A stretch of DNA of 64,000 nucleotides from Squalus acanthias (taxonomy: Eukaryota), in NCBI GenBank assembly GCA_030390025.1, contig CM059425.1, positions 175,710,001-175,774,000 on the forward strand, given 5' to 3'. Shown here piece by piece: positions 35,963-49,340 of the stretch. Position 1 is the first letter of the stretch, and each line of letters starts with the position of its first letter. The translations under genes and the position numbers were made by a program. The notes under the pieces are model-generated. The model saw only the letters and a list, made by a program, of their open reading frames with translations. It was not told where the DNA came from and searched no databases.

Positions 35963-37876
35963 CTATTTGTGTGTTAACTTTCTCATACGCGTGCTTCTAC
36001 GTGGTGCTTCACCTGTGGCTTCAGCAGATGTTGAGGCACCTTGCTCACTTTCATGCTGCTCCGGCTTCGACACCTTTGGCGGGCGTCCTCTGGGTTTGGG
36101 AGCCTGGGAGGGCTCGGCAACAGTCTGCTCCTCCTGCGGCTGTGCAGGGGCTGAGATTGCCATCTCAGTTGGGTGAGGAATCTGGGGCTCTGACCGATGT
36201 CTCCGCAGTAGCATGGTCATGTGAGTGCTTGGAGAGGAGCCCACACTTCCTTGTTGTCGACCTCCAACATCCCTCTTATGGATCGCCCGCACTTCACTGC
36301 TAGCAAGTGGCTGGAGAGCACCTTGCTGCACATCAGTGGGGCCATGAGGACCCGTCTCTGTACTGACAGTCCTCATAACAGGGACGTCCATGTACCTCTG
36401 GTGTCTCTCCTCAATAGTTGCCCATCTATCCTCCATAGCAGACCATCTATTTAGAAGAGTCACCATGCTCTGTTGAGTCTGGTGCGTTATGTGCTCCAAC
36501 GAGGTTGCCACCCTCTCCATGGAGGAACGTTCATGCGCCATTGCCTCCAGCACGGCATTGCTCATGTTTGAGATGGACTCCTCCATTCTCTGCACACTCG
36601 CAGTTACCCTGGTTGCAAACCGTGTCAGAGACTCCTGCACTTGTTCCTGGAGTTCCAGCACCACTCTCTTTGTGGATGGCCCCAGAGGCACAGGGTCCAC
36701 ATGCAGCTGAGCAGAGCTGGGAGCGCCCTGCGGCCTCCGACGAGGACTCTCCTCTGCTGTCCCTGTCTCCACCATTTGCTGATGCTCACTTGTGAGCTGT
36801 GATACACCAGGTAACAAGACTAATCTATCTCCCGAAGGTCCCACCGAGGTGCGCATCTCTGAGCTGGTACTGGGTGCGCTCAATTCTGCTGACGCTGAGC
36901 CCTCAGAGGTTGCAGCTTCCTCTGAGGAGTCTTCTGGCTCTTCATCCTGGACAGTGGGGAGGGGGGCTCTCGATGGTCCTGTGGGGGAGTAAAGGCATGA
37001 GTTAGACATGTGGTATTAACATAGCAGGCACATCGAATTGTGCAGATGATCAGAACTCAATATGTATGAACATCAGATGCCATATCAGTCACTCATGCAA
37101 TCTAAATGAGAGGGTTGCAAATCTATTCTGTCACCAGCTTGCTCTACTGCGCCCGTCTCTCCATCCCCCACTTCAAGCTCCTCAGCACCTCCGACTATGT
37201 CGAGAGCAGCCTCCTCAGCGATGGTCAAATGCGCAATGGAAGGTGGCCCTCCTCCTGTCCTGCCCCTCTCCCTCTTATTGTGGGCTCTGTTTTCCTGCAA
37301 TGAGGGAGACAAGTGGAGCTTGAGTGAGAATGTTGGAGTGAGTGTAGAGAATCATAGCATAGATGCTTAGAGGGAGACAAAGATGGAGTGAGGTGCCAAT
37401 ACCAAGGGCCCTCCCTGTGCATTGTTAGTTGTTGTCATTGCATAACAGTGATAGTGAGTGTGAGGGGTGCATAGTAGAATGGTGAAGTGATTCTGTACAT
37501 AGAGAGAGAGGGATGGTTAAGGGTGCAAGGGATGTAAGGGTAAAGTGGGATGTGCAGGAGTAGATTGACAACGCAGAGTGCTGGTGATGAGAGGAGATGG
37601 GGAGCAGATTGAAGGTAAGTGTGATGTTATACTCACTTTTGCTGAGCATAGCAGATCATTGAACCTTTTCCTGCACTGAACCCAGGTGCGTGAACACAAA
37701 GACCTGGCGCTCACCTCCTCAGCAATTTGCAGCCAGGCTGCCTTGGTTTGCTGAGAAGGCTTCCTCCGTCCATTTGAGGGGAACAGTACCTCTTGGCGCC
37801 CTCTCACTCCCTCCACAAGAGCATGGAGGGAGTCATCATCGAATCTTGGAGCGGCCTTTGGTCTTGAAGCAGTCAT
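35963..37876 (-). CDS. Harbinger Myb/SANT-like (trihelix) DNA-binding protein, three exons (37876-37637, 37294-37135, 36978-35963), 471 aa
   Basis: PRFDDDSLHALV..W..IAEEV..RTWVQCRKRFNDL and RERGRTGGGP motifs; GT-AG introns with compatible phases give an uninterrupted 1416-nt frame. Confidence 0.85.
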
Positions 37877-38113
37877 TTCGCTATGTGCCACACCGAGAAG
37901 CATCAGAATAGGAATGAAAAACAACAAGGTTGCATGGGCCCCTTAAATGCAGCTGGATGGAAAACATCAGCAGAGGCGAGCAGCAGACCCGAACCCACTG
38001 ATTGGGCCGGGTAGTGCGCACGACGGGTTTAATCAGCCCACTTAAGCCAAAATCGGTATTTCAGTGCAGATTAAACCGGAACCCGCCGAACAGCCAACCC
38101 GGCCTATGACTAT

Positions 38114-38702
38114 GGGCTGGATTTTCAATGACCCGTGGAGTCGGGTTTGGAGGTGTGTGGGGGGTTAAAGTTGCAGATTCGGGGGTCCCGACCCCATCCC
38201 GACTCCATTCCGCCTCCACGCAATTTTGACAAAATCGGTCGCGGGGTTCCCGACTCCGTCCCGCCTCCAAGAGATGGGAGAGGCCATTAAAGCCCTTAAC
38301 AAGCCCTAAATTGGCTCTGTAATGCCATTTTGAAACATTTTAGCTAGTTTAACCCTTTTCCAACGTGAAGTACGCCTGATGTGAAACACGCCAGTGAAAC
38401 CTGGCGGGAGCACAAGTGGATAGCTGACTATCAGCTGCAGGTCCACTATTACAACGGAGATGTGATGAAGGTAGTAGTAGTATTGTGATGAAGGTAGTAG
38501 TAGTATTAGGTCTGAAAGTCGCCTCTGATGCTGCTGCATTGAATGTCTTCAGAGACTGCCTGGGAGGACTTGGTTGCAAAAAAAATTCTCTCTCTGTCTG
38601 TCTCTGTCTCTCTGTCTCTCTGTCTCTCTGTCTCTCTGTCTCTCTGTCTCTCTGTCTGTCTGTCTCTCTGTCTGTCTGTCTCTCTGTCTGTCTGTCTCTC
38701 TG

Positions 38703-38737
<35 letters not shown>

Positions 38738-38896
38738 GTCTGTCTCTCTCTCTGTCTGTCTCTCTCTCTCTGTCTCTCTCTCTCTCTGTCTCTCTCTCTC
38801 TCTGTCTCTCTCTCTGTCTCTCTCTCTCTCTGTCTCTCTCTCTCTCTGTCTCTCTCTCTCTCTGTCTCTCTCTCTCTCTGTCTCTCTCTCTCTCTG

Positions 38897-38981
<85 letters not shown>

Positions 38982-39074
38982 GTCTGTCTCTCTGTCTGTC
39001 TGTCTCTCTCTCTGTCTGTCTCTCTCTCTGTCTGTCTCTCTCTCTGTCTCTCTCTCTCTCTGTCTGTCTCTCTC

Positions 39075-39148
<74 letters not shown>

Positions 39149-39416
39149 ATGTTGCTCATTTTGCATCCAGGTCCTCTCACAGCAAAGGCCAGGCAATCTC
39201 TGAGACCAGGCAGTCTCTGACCTGCAATGATGACATCATCAGAGGCGACTTTCAGACTGAAACCACTAATTGGTTCATGGGTTCCCACATGCTGGAACTC
39301 AATTATCCAATTAGGTGAAAATTGCATCAATCTCCCACATCCAATTGCAGTCGGGTGGATAAACACGAAATGCGGATGACACGACCCCAACCCGCCCCAG
39401 TATCAAAATCCAGCCC
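38114..39416. mobile_element. Harbinger-type non-autonomous fold-back element
   Basis: Perfect 12-bp TIR GGGCTGGATTTT / AAAATCCAGCCC; TSD TAT. Confidence 0.88.
38588..39146. repeat. Compound (CT)n/(CTGT)n microsatellite
   Basis: ~560 bp of CT/CTGT repeats. Confidence 0.98.
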
Positions 39417-40606
39417 TATGACTCTATGACCTTCCCACCCAATTTTCCTGCATTCACTGTGTGACCACTCTTCATGATTTATATTTAGAATTATTGGACG
39501 ACCTGTTCTCAATAAATGGTATCAAAGTATTAGATTGCTGGATGTAAAGGAGCAAAGCAGATTTTGAATGAGTAGACTTGAAAAATGTTTTATTATGTGC
39601 ATAGCTGAAATGGCTGAGTGCTTGTCTTGCAGTCAGAAGGCAATTAGTTCAACTCTCAGTGCTCTCTTGTCACTATGAATTTTATAGCACTTAGTTTTTG
39701 TTCTGCATGGTTTAGCACTGTCTTGTACCTTGCACTGTTTGTCTCAGTTGAGTGAGTTTTGTCAGTTCTTGGCTGGGCTGTAGGATGGAGTGTTACATCT
39801 GAAGCGTTTCTCCCACTTGTCTGCCGTAACTTTAGCGGAAGAGCTGTGGAACCCCCATAAAAATGACGCAACAGGTGTTTACATTGTTTCTCCAGGTTTT
39901 TGCTACACTTCCACTAAACCTATAGCGAATAGGAGAGCCCCCATAGAAATACACCCTCAAAAAGTCGGATTTTCGAACGTGTACAACTGGTGCCTAGCCT
40001 TGCCCACCAGGAGCACATATTAGGGCTGATTCTGACCTTATTAGACCAAAAATTAGCCTGGCACACATGTTCACAGCAGCAGTAGTTGGATGGCAGCCTG
40101 ACCCCACCAGATACCACAGGGTCAGACAATTTGCATAATTTAAATGATCTCTGACGAGTTTTCTAGTGCACAAAGAGCATTTATTCACCTATAAGGACGG
40201 GCGGATGGGGGTGGGGATGGTAAATTGGAGGCCAGAATTGTGAGTGCAGCCACCCCTAAAGGGCTGCTGCACTCTTAAAGGGAGGCAGCACTTTTATTTG
40301 TCAGCCTGATGGGACAAAATGACTGGAGGAGCTCCCTGAACTGCCCCTTCAATACACAACAACAACTTTCATATAAATAATCAAAAATATTTATAACCAT
40401 ACTTGTATATCACAAACTGTTGTCTGGAACAGTACTTACTAAATTAGAGACTGAGACCAGGCATAAGGAGTCTGTGCCCCTTTTCCCTCTGTGTTATGTA
40501 CTGGAAACAGCCACACACAAGATGCAATGTGAGGAAAATTGGCTCAATTGTCCTTGTATTTGATGCTTATTAAAAGAGGAAAGTTATTGTTACAGGATTT
40601 CCCTTT

Positions 40607-42354
40607 GGCCGTGATTTTGCTGACATCGGTGGGTCCGTGGCGGGTGACGTCAGTGGTGGGTCCCGACCCCGCTGCTGTCTCCATCCCGCTGTCTAAAATG
40701 AATTTCCCTTGATAGGGCTTGTTAAGCCCGCCCAGCGGGTTTTCCGGCCAATTAGAGGAAGCGGGTCTGGTGATGCCATTTGATGAGGCGTCATCAGCCA
40801 GTTTCCTTAAAGGGACCATGTCTAAATTTATTTTGACATTTGTGCTGTCAGTGTTCTACAGCATTGAGGTGCTTCAAAAACACTGACTGCACAAAGGCAC
40901 AGGGCTGCAACGAGGCTCTCCCATGAGTCCCTCCTGAGTCACAGCACACAGGGAGGTCCTCTTCCCTTCCCATGGGTGGAAGACACCTCCCCAGGAGATC
41001 ATCACAGCCTGGTTGCACATTTCAGAGGAGGACACAAGCAGGGATGTCGTCAGGAGGACCAGGCTGCAGTGGCGCAAACGTTTCAATGATCTCAGTAGAT
41101 CACGAAACATTAGTACAAAGCCACACTCAACCTCATCCTGCTGTGCCTCTCATCACATCCCCATCACTCTGCCTTCCCTACCCTACTCCTGCACATCCTT
41201 ACTCACACCAACTTACCTTGCACCTCCACCCATCCCTCTCTATCTACATTATCACTTCCCCATCTCACTAGCCACCCCTCACACTCACCCTCATCCTGGT
41301 GCAATCATACCAACTAACAACACACAAGGGTAGGCACTTGGGTGTTTTATGCAATGTTCATGTAAAGTTTCTGTTAATATGGTGTCAAACATTGAAACCT
41401 TTATTTCCAACACTTTGCGTTCTTGGACAGATTTGTGTGCACCTTTGGAAGTGGCTTAGTGGGTTGCAGTGAATGGTGAGACATAACAGTACCCCCCACA
41501 ATGGAGATGAGTGTGAAAGGAATGGCTTGGGCATTGTAGGGATGCTTTATGGTGTTGGTGTGGGGTGGTGCCAACCTGGCGCATCATGTGGCAGCCAGGG
41601 TGTACAGCGTCAATTGAAGTAAATCTGGCCATGGTGATGCCACCCTTGGCCTCCCGGGCAGCAATGTGGTCGGGTGCTGATGCCCTCTGTCCTGTGCAGC
41701 ATCAGGTGATTGCAGAGAAGGTTGGTGGTGTTGTTGTTGTTGGTACTGCTGGTGTGCCTGGTGCTGCTGGTGTTGGGGCTGATTATGTTGGGATTCTGAG
41801 GATCAAGGTGAGAGAGTATAAAGGGCACCCATGCTAATGGAATAGATGGCAGGTGAAGTAGAGATGACAGAAGTGATCTGTCAATGGTGAGAGAGGTAAT
41901 GAGGTCAGACTGGATGGAGACTTGTGTAAAGACTTGCAGCATCCTGAATCTGTTGTGGAAATACAGTGAGGAAGAACTTGTGGCTGCGGGAAGATATCTC
42001 TGTAAGATGGGAGCTTTTACTTTACATTTGAAGCTGTCAACTCAACAGCTGATTCAATGGCCACTGAACTACTGACTCAGCTTGACAGACGTGATCCACA
42101 ACCAGCGTGGACCCCCTGGGTGAGCAAGTAAAATCAAAAGATGAGCTCAAATGTATTCTAAACAAGGTCATAATTACCTGAATTGGGTCCCCCGCCGCTG
42201 CGTGTCGTGTCTGCTCAGTGCTGACAGACCCGACATTGGGAAAGGCACGTGGCGGTGGGTTCACAGTGGGGTCCCGACCTGCTGGGGAAAAAAACCACTT
42301 TCCCACTCGACCCACCACCGATTGCACCCGCTGACCCCCCGCAAAATCTCAGCC
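40607..42354 (-). mobile_element. Internally deleted Harbinger derivative
   Basis: TIRs GGCCGTGATTTTGC / GCAAAATCTCAGCC; Myb exon-1 remnant (LQWRKRFNDL) on + and transposase 5' remnant on -. Confidence 0.85.
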
Positions 42355-42714
42355 TATGTGTCCAGTGACTGAGGTTGGTGTGATGTATATGATTATTTGG
42401 AGTAAAACTTGAACTGGAAGCTGGCGAGATAGTTTAGTTTAGTACTCAAACAGTGAGCTTAGTAGTGGTCAGTAGTAATTGGAACCACTTTTATGATTGA
42501 AATACTATTCGTACAAACTTTGAAATACTTTAGTTACATTTCCATCCATAATACAAACTGTTGTCAAGTCAGCTTTGATGGATTTTAGATTTTACTAATA
42601 TATTTGCTGATTCTTCCTTCTTCCAAACAAATTCGCATAAGTTAATGTGACTATATACTCATGAATTCACTCTATTAATAATGAAAGGTATCAGGGATAA
42701 ATTAGCAAACATTT

Positions 42715-43343
42715 AAGCTCTAATTTTAACAGAGGTTGAGAAGCGAATGTGGGGATGTTGGGATGAGCATCAGAGTCGTCCCAGGTTACCGACGCGAGGC
42801 ACAGGCCATTTTAACTTCCAGACTTCATTTAAATAAACCAGGCCCGACTCTTGGTCAAACCCAGTGGCAATGACGTTAGGCCAGCCATGGGAGCTAGGCG
42901 AGTGTGGCAGGAGACTGCGGCTGGGGACCCGCAGGAACGGTCCATGGCAGTCAGGTAAGTGGGGGGGTGGGTGGGGGGAGGAGTAGGCAATCGTGGTCAG
43001 GGGGAGGGAAGCCTGGGGCCCTAGGTTTCTTTGTGAGGCCTGGAAAAGCACTCCCTCTTCTGAGTCTGCTGCTCCTTTGCGCCGGGTTATCCTGGTGAGG
43101 CTGGCATCGGGCGCCGAACTCGCGACACAAAGTTAAAATGGCGCCGGGGTCTGATAAATGCCATCAGATCCCGACTTTCGCATTTTCATGAGGCTCTCGA
43201 CTGCCTGTGGTGAAGGCCTCACATGCCTCCTAGAGTTAAAATACCAGCCGGCGTGAGTGCGACGCCAAGCCGGAGGCACTGCCTCTATTTTAAACCCCCC
43301 CCGCCCCACACACTCGTCAGGTGCAGGGGGTTATAATCACCCA
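42715..43343. mobile_element. Probable Harbinger-type MITE
   Basis: GC-rich island bounded by TAATTTTAAC.. / ..GTTATAATCACCC, similar to the ends of 27927-28838. Confidence 0.5.
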
Positions 43344-44092
43344 TTTAGTTTACTGAGGAGAATCTCTCTGGATTCCACATCATATGTTACAAAGTAATTC
43401 AAATTAACACTGATGGGAAAACACAAGGAAATGCAACTTGCACATTGGAGCTATTAAAAGATGGATATGGCCTTTTAGATGCAGCATTACTTGGATTTAG
43501 AATTGTAAACAAATATATAATTAGTCAAAAAGCATTAGCTGCTGCAAAATGCCTTACACAAACATCACTGGGTCACTGCTGTTATGCGTTTAGAAAATCC
43601 TACTTTAAACTTTAAACCAGTATTTGTTGACTCCCCAAATATTCTAACCACGTCCTAAGCCTTCAAAAGAAAGGTTCAGAAATAGCGTACAACAAGACAG
43701 CATCGTTAACAATTAACATCAATCTGTATTGTGCAGTTTGCTGATTAATGGTAACATTTGAAGATTAAATTTGCAATTGATCCTGCACAGGAACTGCAAG
43801 ATGATCAAAAAAGAGGAACTCATTTAAAAATCTCTGAGTGTGCAGCAAAATGAGAGCGAGATCGGAGGCCTCCCCCAAACTCATGGCTAGTAGCCTTTGA
43901 TTTTCACTCCTTGGATCCTTATTCAGTTCCTCACACATAGGCCCTGTGGTGAATAATTCCCTATTTGTTATTTCACAATATTTTTCAAAAAAACTTTTTT
44001 CTCCCAGTAATCATCGGCTGCTACTTGCATGAAAAAGTTTTAAAATATACAAAGAAATAATTTATCCACAAAATGACGACTGGTGAGGAGAA

Positions 44093-44430
44093 CCCTGATT
44101 TTAACTCGGGGTGGGAATCGGGCAGGGGCGGAGCGAGCGGCAAGCCCCCACGGTGTCATAAAGCAAGCAGCAGGTCCTGTTGCAGGAGGCTGCAGGGGTC
44201 TGCAACAGCCGGCCTGGTGAAGCGCAGCCTCCTGATGCACCGCTCCTCAGACAGCTCCAAGAAAGTGACTCTTGGCCTGTGCTCCCTGTGTGCTGGGTAT
44301 GGCCTCCTATGAGCAGCAGCCCCCCTCTCAACAGCTATCTTCCAAAAGGCCCAGCTGCTCCTCATGCTGGTTGTTGAGGCCGCTGCTGCTGATGCTTTTC
44401 TTCCTCCAACTTTTCCTCCATCCAAATTAA
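44093..44430 (-). pseudogene. Harbinger transposase 5' remnant
   Basis: RRPYP..RPRVTFLELSEERCIRRLRF parallels the N-terminus of the 34445 transposase. Confidence 0.7.
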
Positions 44431-44779
44431 ACTGACAATAATAGGACCCATGATAATCAAATAGAGCTTACTGAGGGTAAATAAGGCCAGAAATGTTAGA
44501 AAGAAGCAATCCGGAAGCTAGAAGCTCTCCTGGCAATGCAAGCAGCACAATGGTACACAGATCATGTGATCCTGTTACCTGTTGCTGAATGTCCATTTAA
44601 ATACTGCTTCAGTGGTTCTGAGATCAATCCTACTCGGTTTACTGGCAGTTTGGGCACTTGGCAGGACATCTGTGATTTCCAGTAAAACAATGGTATTGGG
44701 TCCTAATTGTGTTATAGATCCCCGATTTTCATGTATTCAAGACTCCCACTGCCTCCTGAAAATAAATCAGTGTTGAGAG

Positions 44780-45243
44780 AGATTAGGAAGGAGACTTTTG
44801 AGGCATTGACATCATTATGAAGGCGGCATTGGACACTGGGGAGGTATCAGTAGATTGGAAACAGGCTAATGTGGTATTCATATTTAAAAAGGGTGACAAA
44901 ACAGACATAGGCAACTACAACCCCATTAGTCTTGCTTCAGTTCTATGCAAAATAATGGAATTGATTATCAGGAGTAAACATGAGGATTATCTGTGCAATA
45001 GTAACCTAGTAAAGTGCGGTCAACATGGATTGACAAAGGGAAGATCCTGTCTGATCAACCGCCCTGACTACTTTAAGGAAGTGAGGGAAACCCTATGATG
45101 TGGTGTACCTAGATTTCTAAAAGGCATTTAACAAAGATCCACACGAAAGGCTATCAGTTAAGCTGAAAGCTGTGGGGATTTAGGGAAAATCTTGGGAATG
45201 GATAATCAGTCAGCTGAAGGGTAGAAAGCAATGGGTATTTATT
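44780..45243 (+). mobile_element. Old CR1 RT fragment
   Basis: DWKQANVVFIFKKGD..NYNPISL..QHG..GRSCL. Confidence 0.8.
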
Positions 45244-47445
45244 AGAACATAAGAACATAAAAACATAAGAAATAAGAGCAGGAGTAGGCCATGCGGCCCC
45301 TCGAGCCTGCTCTGCCATTCAATATGATTATGGCTGATCATCGACCTCAACTTCACTTTCCCGCCCAATCTCCATATCCCTTGATTCCCCATGAGTCCAA
45401 AAATCTATCTATCTCAGCCTTGAATATACTCAAAGACTCAGCATCCACAGCCCTCTGGGGCAGAGAATTCCAAAGATTCACAACCCGTGAGTGAAGAAAT
45501 TCCTCCTCATCTCGGTCTTAAATGGCCTACCCCTTATCCTGAGACTATGCCCCTAGTTCTAGACACTCCAGCCAGGGGAAACAACCTCTCAGCATCTACC
45601 ACTGTCAATCCCCTTCAGAATCTTCTATGTTTCAATGAGATCACCACTCATTCTTCTAAATTCCAGAGAGTATAGGCCCATTCTACACAATCTCTTATCA
45701 TAGGACAGCCCTCTCATCCCAGGAATCAATCTACTTAACCTTCGTTGCACCGCCTCCAAGGCAAGTATATCCTTCCTTAGATAAGGAGTCCAAAACTGTG
45801 CACAGTACTCCAGGTGTGGTCTCACCAAGGCCCTGTACAATTGCAGTAAGACTTCCTCAGTCTTACACTCCAACCCCCTTGCAATAAAGGCCAACATGCC
45901 ATTTGCCTTTCTTATTGCTTGTTGTACCTGCATGCTAGCTTTCTGTGTTTCTTGCACGAGGACACCCAAATCTCTCTGAAGACCAACATTTAATAGTTTC
46001 TCACATTTAAAAAATATTCTGTTTTTCTATTCTTCCTACCAACGTGAATAACCTCACATTTCCCTACATTATACTCCATCTGCCACCTTACTGCCAACTC
46101 ACTTAGTCTACCTATATCCCTTTGTAGACTCTTTGGGGGAAAAATTTGGTTGCTCTGCGCCTCCCGTTAGTGCCCTAATAGGGTGCTAACGGGGCGCAAA
46201 GCAACTAGCGCCTGGGCGCAGCGCCGCCAACGCCTCCCCGCGAAATTCAGCGGAAGGTTAGCGGCGGCGGTAACCATTAGCGCCTCGTGGCGTTGTACCT
46301 CCGACAACGACGTAATCACTGTGCACAGCGCCCTGCTCGCGCCCCGGCCGCGATCTTCGGTAGTGTCCCCAGACTTACCACTGGATGCTATGTCCGACGG
46401 GGTCAGGAGGGCCTACCTGTGGCCGGGGCAGCGCTATTTAAAGGCAAGGTGCCGGGCGGCCATTTTTGTTGCTGGCCGCCTGCCATCACCTGCCTCCGCT
46501 CCCGTCCCCGGCCTCCTGAGCACCGCCCCCCCCCCGCAGGGTGCCGGCTGCGCTCCGTGAGCCCGGAACTTCTCTTGAGTGCCGGGCTCTTTTGCCGGCA
46601 CTCCGATCCCTGGTGGTCCAGCTGGGCCCTGGGTCGCGCTGCGCAAGGCCCCTCCCCTTTAAGAAGGAGAGGAAGGCCTGCAATACTGCGGCGTGACGTG
46701 CCGCAGCGCGTGGCATTGTGGCACGTAGCGCCGTGATATTCCCTCGCAGCGCCCCAAGAGGGAGGCAGGGCGCTTCCAGTAGTGCCCCGCTTCCTTCTTG
46801 GGGCGCTACCACTCAATTTCGGCCGCAGGGGCGCTAAAAGTAGCGCCCTGGCAAAGTTAGCGCCCCAAAGGGGGTGCGACTCAATTTTTCCCCCTTTGTG
46901 TTCTCCTCACAGCTTACTGTCCCACCTAGCTTTGTATCATCAGCAAACATGGATACATTACACTCGGTTCCTTCTTCTAGGTCATTAATATAGATTGTAA
47001 ATAGCTGAGGCCCCAACACTGATCCTTGCGGCACCCCACTAGTTACAGCCTGCCAACCTGAAAAAGATCCATTTATCCCTACCCTCTGTTTTCTGTCCAT
47101 TAACCAATCCTCTATCCATGCTACTATATTACCCCCAACCCCATGAGCCCTAATCTTGTGTAATAATCTTTTATGTGGCACCTTATCGAATGCCTTTTGG
47201 AAATCCACATATACTACATCCACTGGTTCCCCTTTATCTACCCTGCTAGTTACATCCTCAAAAAACTTGTCAAACATGATTTCCCTTTCATAAAACCATG
47301 TTGACTCTGCCTAATCATGTTATGATTTTCTAAGTGACTTGATACCACTTCCTTAACAATGGATTCCAGCATTTTCCCGACGACTGATGTCAGGCTAACT
47401 GGCCCGTAGTTCCCTATTTTTTCTCTCCCTCCTTTCTTGAATATT
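45244..47445 (-). mobile_element. CR1 LINE 3' part, interrupted by a MITE
   Basis: RT motifs [21 protein letters not shown] and MFADD; (TTCTTATG)n tail at 45244. Confidence 0.9.
46135..46894 (+). mobile_element. GC-rich Harbinger-type MITE, family X copy 3 (complete)
   Basis: TIRs GGGGGAAAAATT / AATTTTTCCCCC; TSD TTT; the host CR1 rejoins. Confidence 0.88.
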
Positions 47446-47749
47446 AGAGGAGTTATGTTGGGTTGGGGAACAGTACTGAATGAGATACCAAGGATTGGTG
47501 ATAGGCCAACTATTGTTTCTAATTTACATCAATGACTTGGATTCAGAAACTCAAATTGGTCAAATTTGCAGATGATACCACAATAGGAGGAGCAGTGGAA
47601 TTAGAGGAAGCAGATCAGAAATTATAGAATGAGTGTAAAGAGCTGCACATAGGAATGAAAAATGGGCAACACACATTCTCCACAATAGGTGTTGAAATAG
47701 TAAAGAATGAAGTTGAAAGAAACCTAGGAGTTTTAGTAGACTCAAGGCT

Positions 47750-49340
47750 CAATGACCTAGAAATTCAGATACTTACCGCTCTCAGTAAGGCCTGCTTCTT
47801 GAAAGAAAATGGTGGCCGCCTCACTTCTGCCTGCCTTTCAATTGGGACTCGGCGGCCGCCATTTTGGTGAGGGCCATTAGTAGCGTGGCCATAGAAATGC
47901 AAAACTGCAGAGCATGACGTCAGTCGGCGTGCAATGCCGACTTGACGCCACGCTTTGTAAACTTGGACCGTTGCGCTGACTTTAACACTGGGTCTTAAGC
48001 TTGCTCAGAAAAGCGAGCGTGCAGCAGACCTACAGAGATGCTGTCAGCACTTCTTAAAAGGACACAAACATCTTTCAGGTAAGTTTGTATTTAAGCTTTT
48101 GAACTGGATTTTTTATATTTTATTGAAGTAGTGCAATAGATGTTAAAAGTTTTAGATTGTGCAGGGAGTGCAGGGAATGCTGCTGGATGCCTGCAAGGCC
48201 TTGGATGGTAAAGGAAGGCCTCTGAAAAGACAGACAATGCTAGAAATACTCAGCAGGTCAGGCGGCATCTGTGGAGAGAGAAACAGAGTTCATGTCTCAG
48301 GTCAAGATGCTGCCTGACCTGCTGAGTATTTCCAGCATTTTATGCTTTTTATTTCAGAGTGCCAGCATTTGCTCACAGAGGGAAGAGGAAGACACAGAAG
48401 AGGAGGAAGCAGAAGGAAGGATACATCCCAGACAGTCCCTTTTTGGCTGGGATATTCAGGATGGAATCATCCGCCTGCGGTACAAGTGACCACAACCCCA
48501 ATTCCCCTTTCAACATTTGTCCCACACCTTACCTTCCAACTGTTACTGACAATCACAGGGTCCTCTTGGCCTCAATGCTGCAATAAAAGCCACCACAAAG
48601 CAAACTTTCCAATCCAACTTTATACATCTATCCATCCAATATGATATCAAGAAATCAACTAATCACCCTTATAGATTCTCTTAGTGACTATCTTGTGTGT
48701 GCCTGCCTATCCTACTGATGTCACGCAGTGCTACCCCGGTGGCTGCAGCATGGCTGGTGGAAGGCTGCTGACTTTCAGTGGTGGATACTGCAGATAGCCT
48801 TGCTCATTGACCTTGAGTAGCTGGTGGCTGGGAGTGTGGAATAGGGAGACAGCCTTCTTCTTCTTCCTCTTCTTCTTCTTCTTCTTTTCCTTCTCCTCCT
48901 CCTTCTCCTTCTCCTTCTCCTCCACTGGCTGGGCAGGCTGGATTTCTTGGGTGTCTGGAATGAGTAAAGCACAAGGGTAGAGTTGTGGTGAGGGGAGGGC
49001 GGGAAAGCAGGAGGTGCATGTGAGAAGGAGGGTAACGTGTGAAGATACCGGCATCTTGTATCCTTTCAGCGCCGCTGCTAGCAAAGGGCTCAGCCATGCC
49101 CCTGCCAAGAATGGCCAGCACCGTCTCCTCCAAAGGGGTGAGGTGAAGCTAGGAATGGGAGATGTGCCTCATGTTTGGTTGAGATTATTGGTAGGTGCGT
49201 GATGGTACGGGGGTGGGGGTGTTCATGCAATGAGCAATGTGCGAGGCTAGTGGTGCAATTGGTAGGAGACAGCTTTTGAAGATGCATTCACTGACCTTGA
49301 TCACTGGTCTGAGGTCATGAAGCTTCTTTGGGCACTGAAG
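47750..49340. mobile_element. Degenerate Harbinger derivative containing a small Penelope-end palindrome (48225-48372)
   Basis: CTAGAAATTC terminus, acidic transposase C-terminal remnant, and Myb exon remnant on - (QCPKKLHDL). Confidence 0.55.

Larger units (their letters stand above)
33939..38104 (+). mobile_element. PIF/Harbinger DNA transposon, near-complete two-gene copy
   Basis: GGCCG..CGGCC ends flanked by TAT/TAT; convergent transposase and Myb/SANT genes. Confidence 0.9.

Noticed and set aside
38485..39390. Long SL- and RE-rich ORFs (209-294 aa)
   Set aside because: Translations of the CT/CTGT microsatellite.
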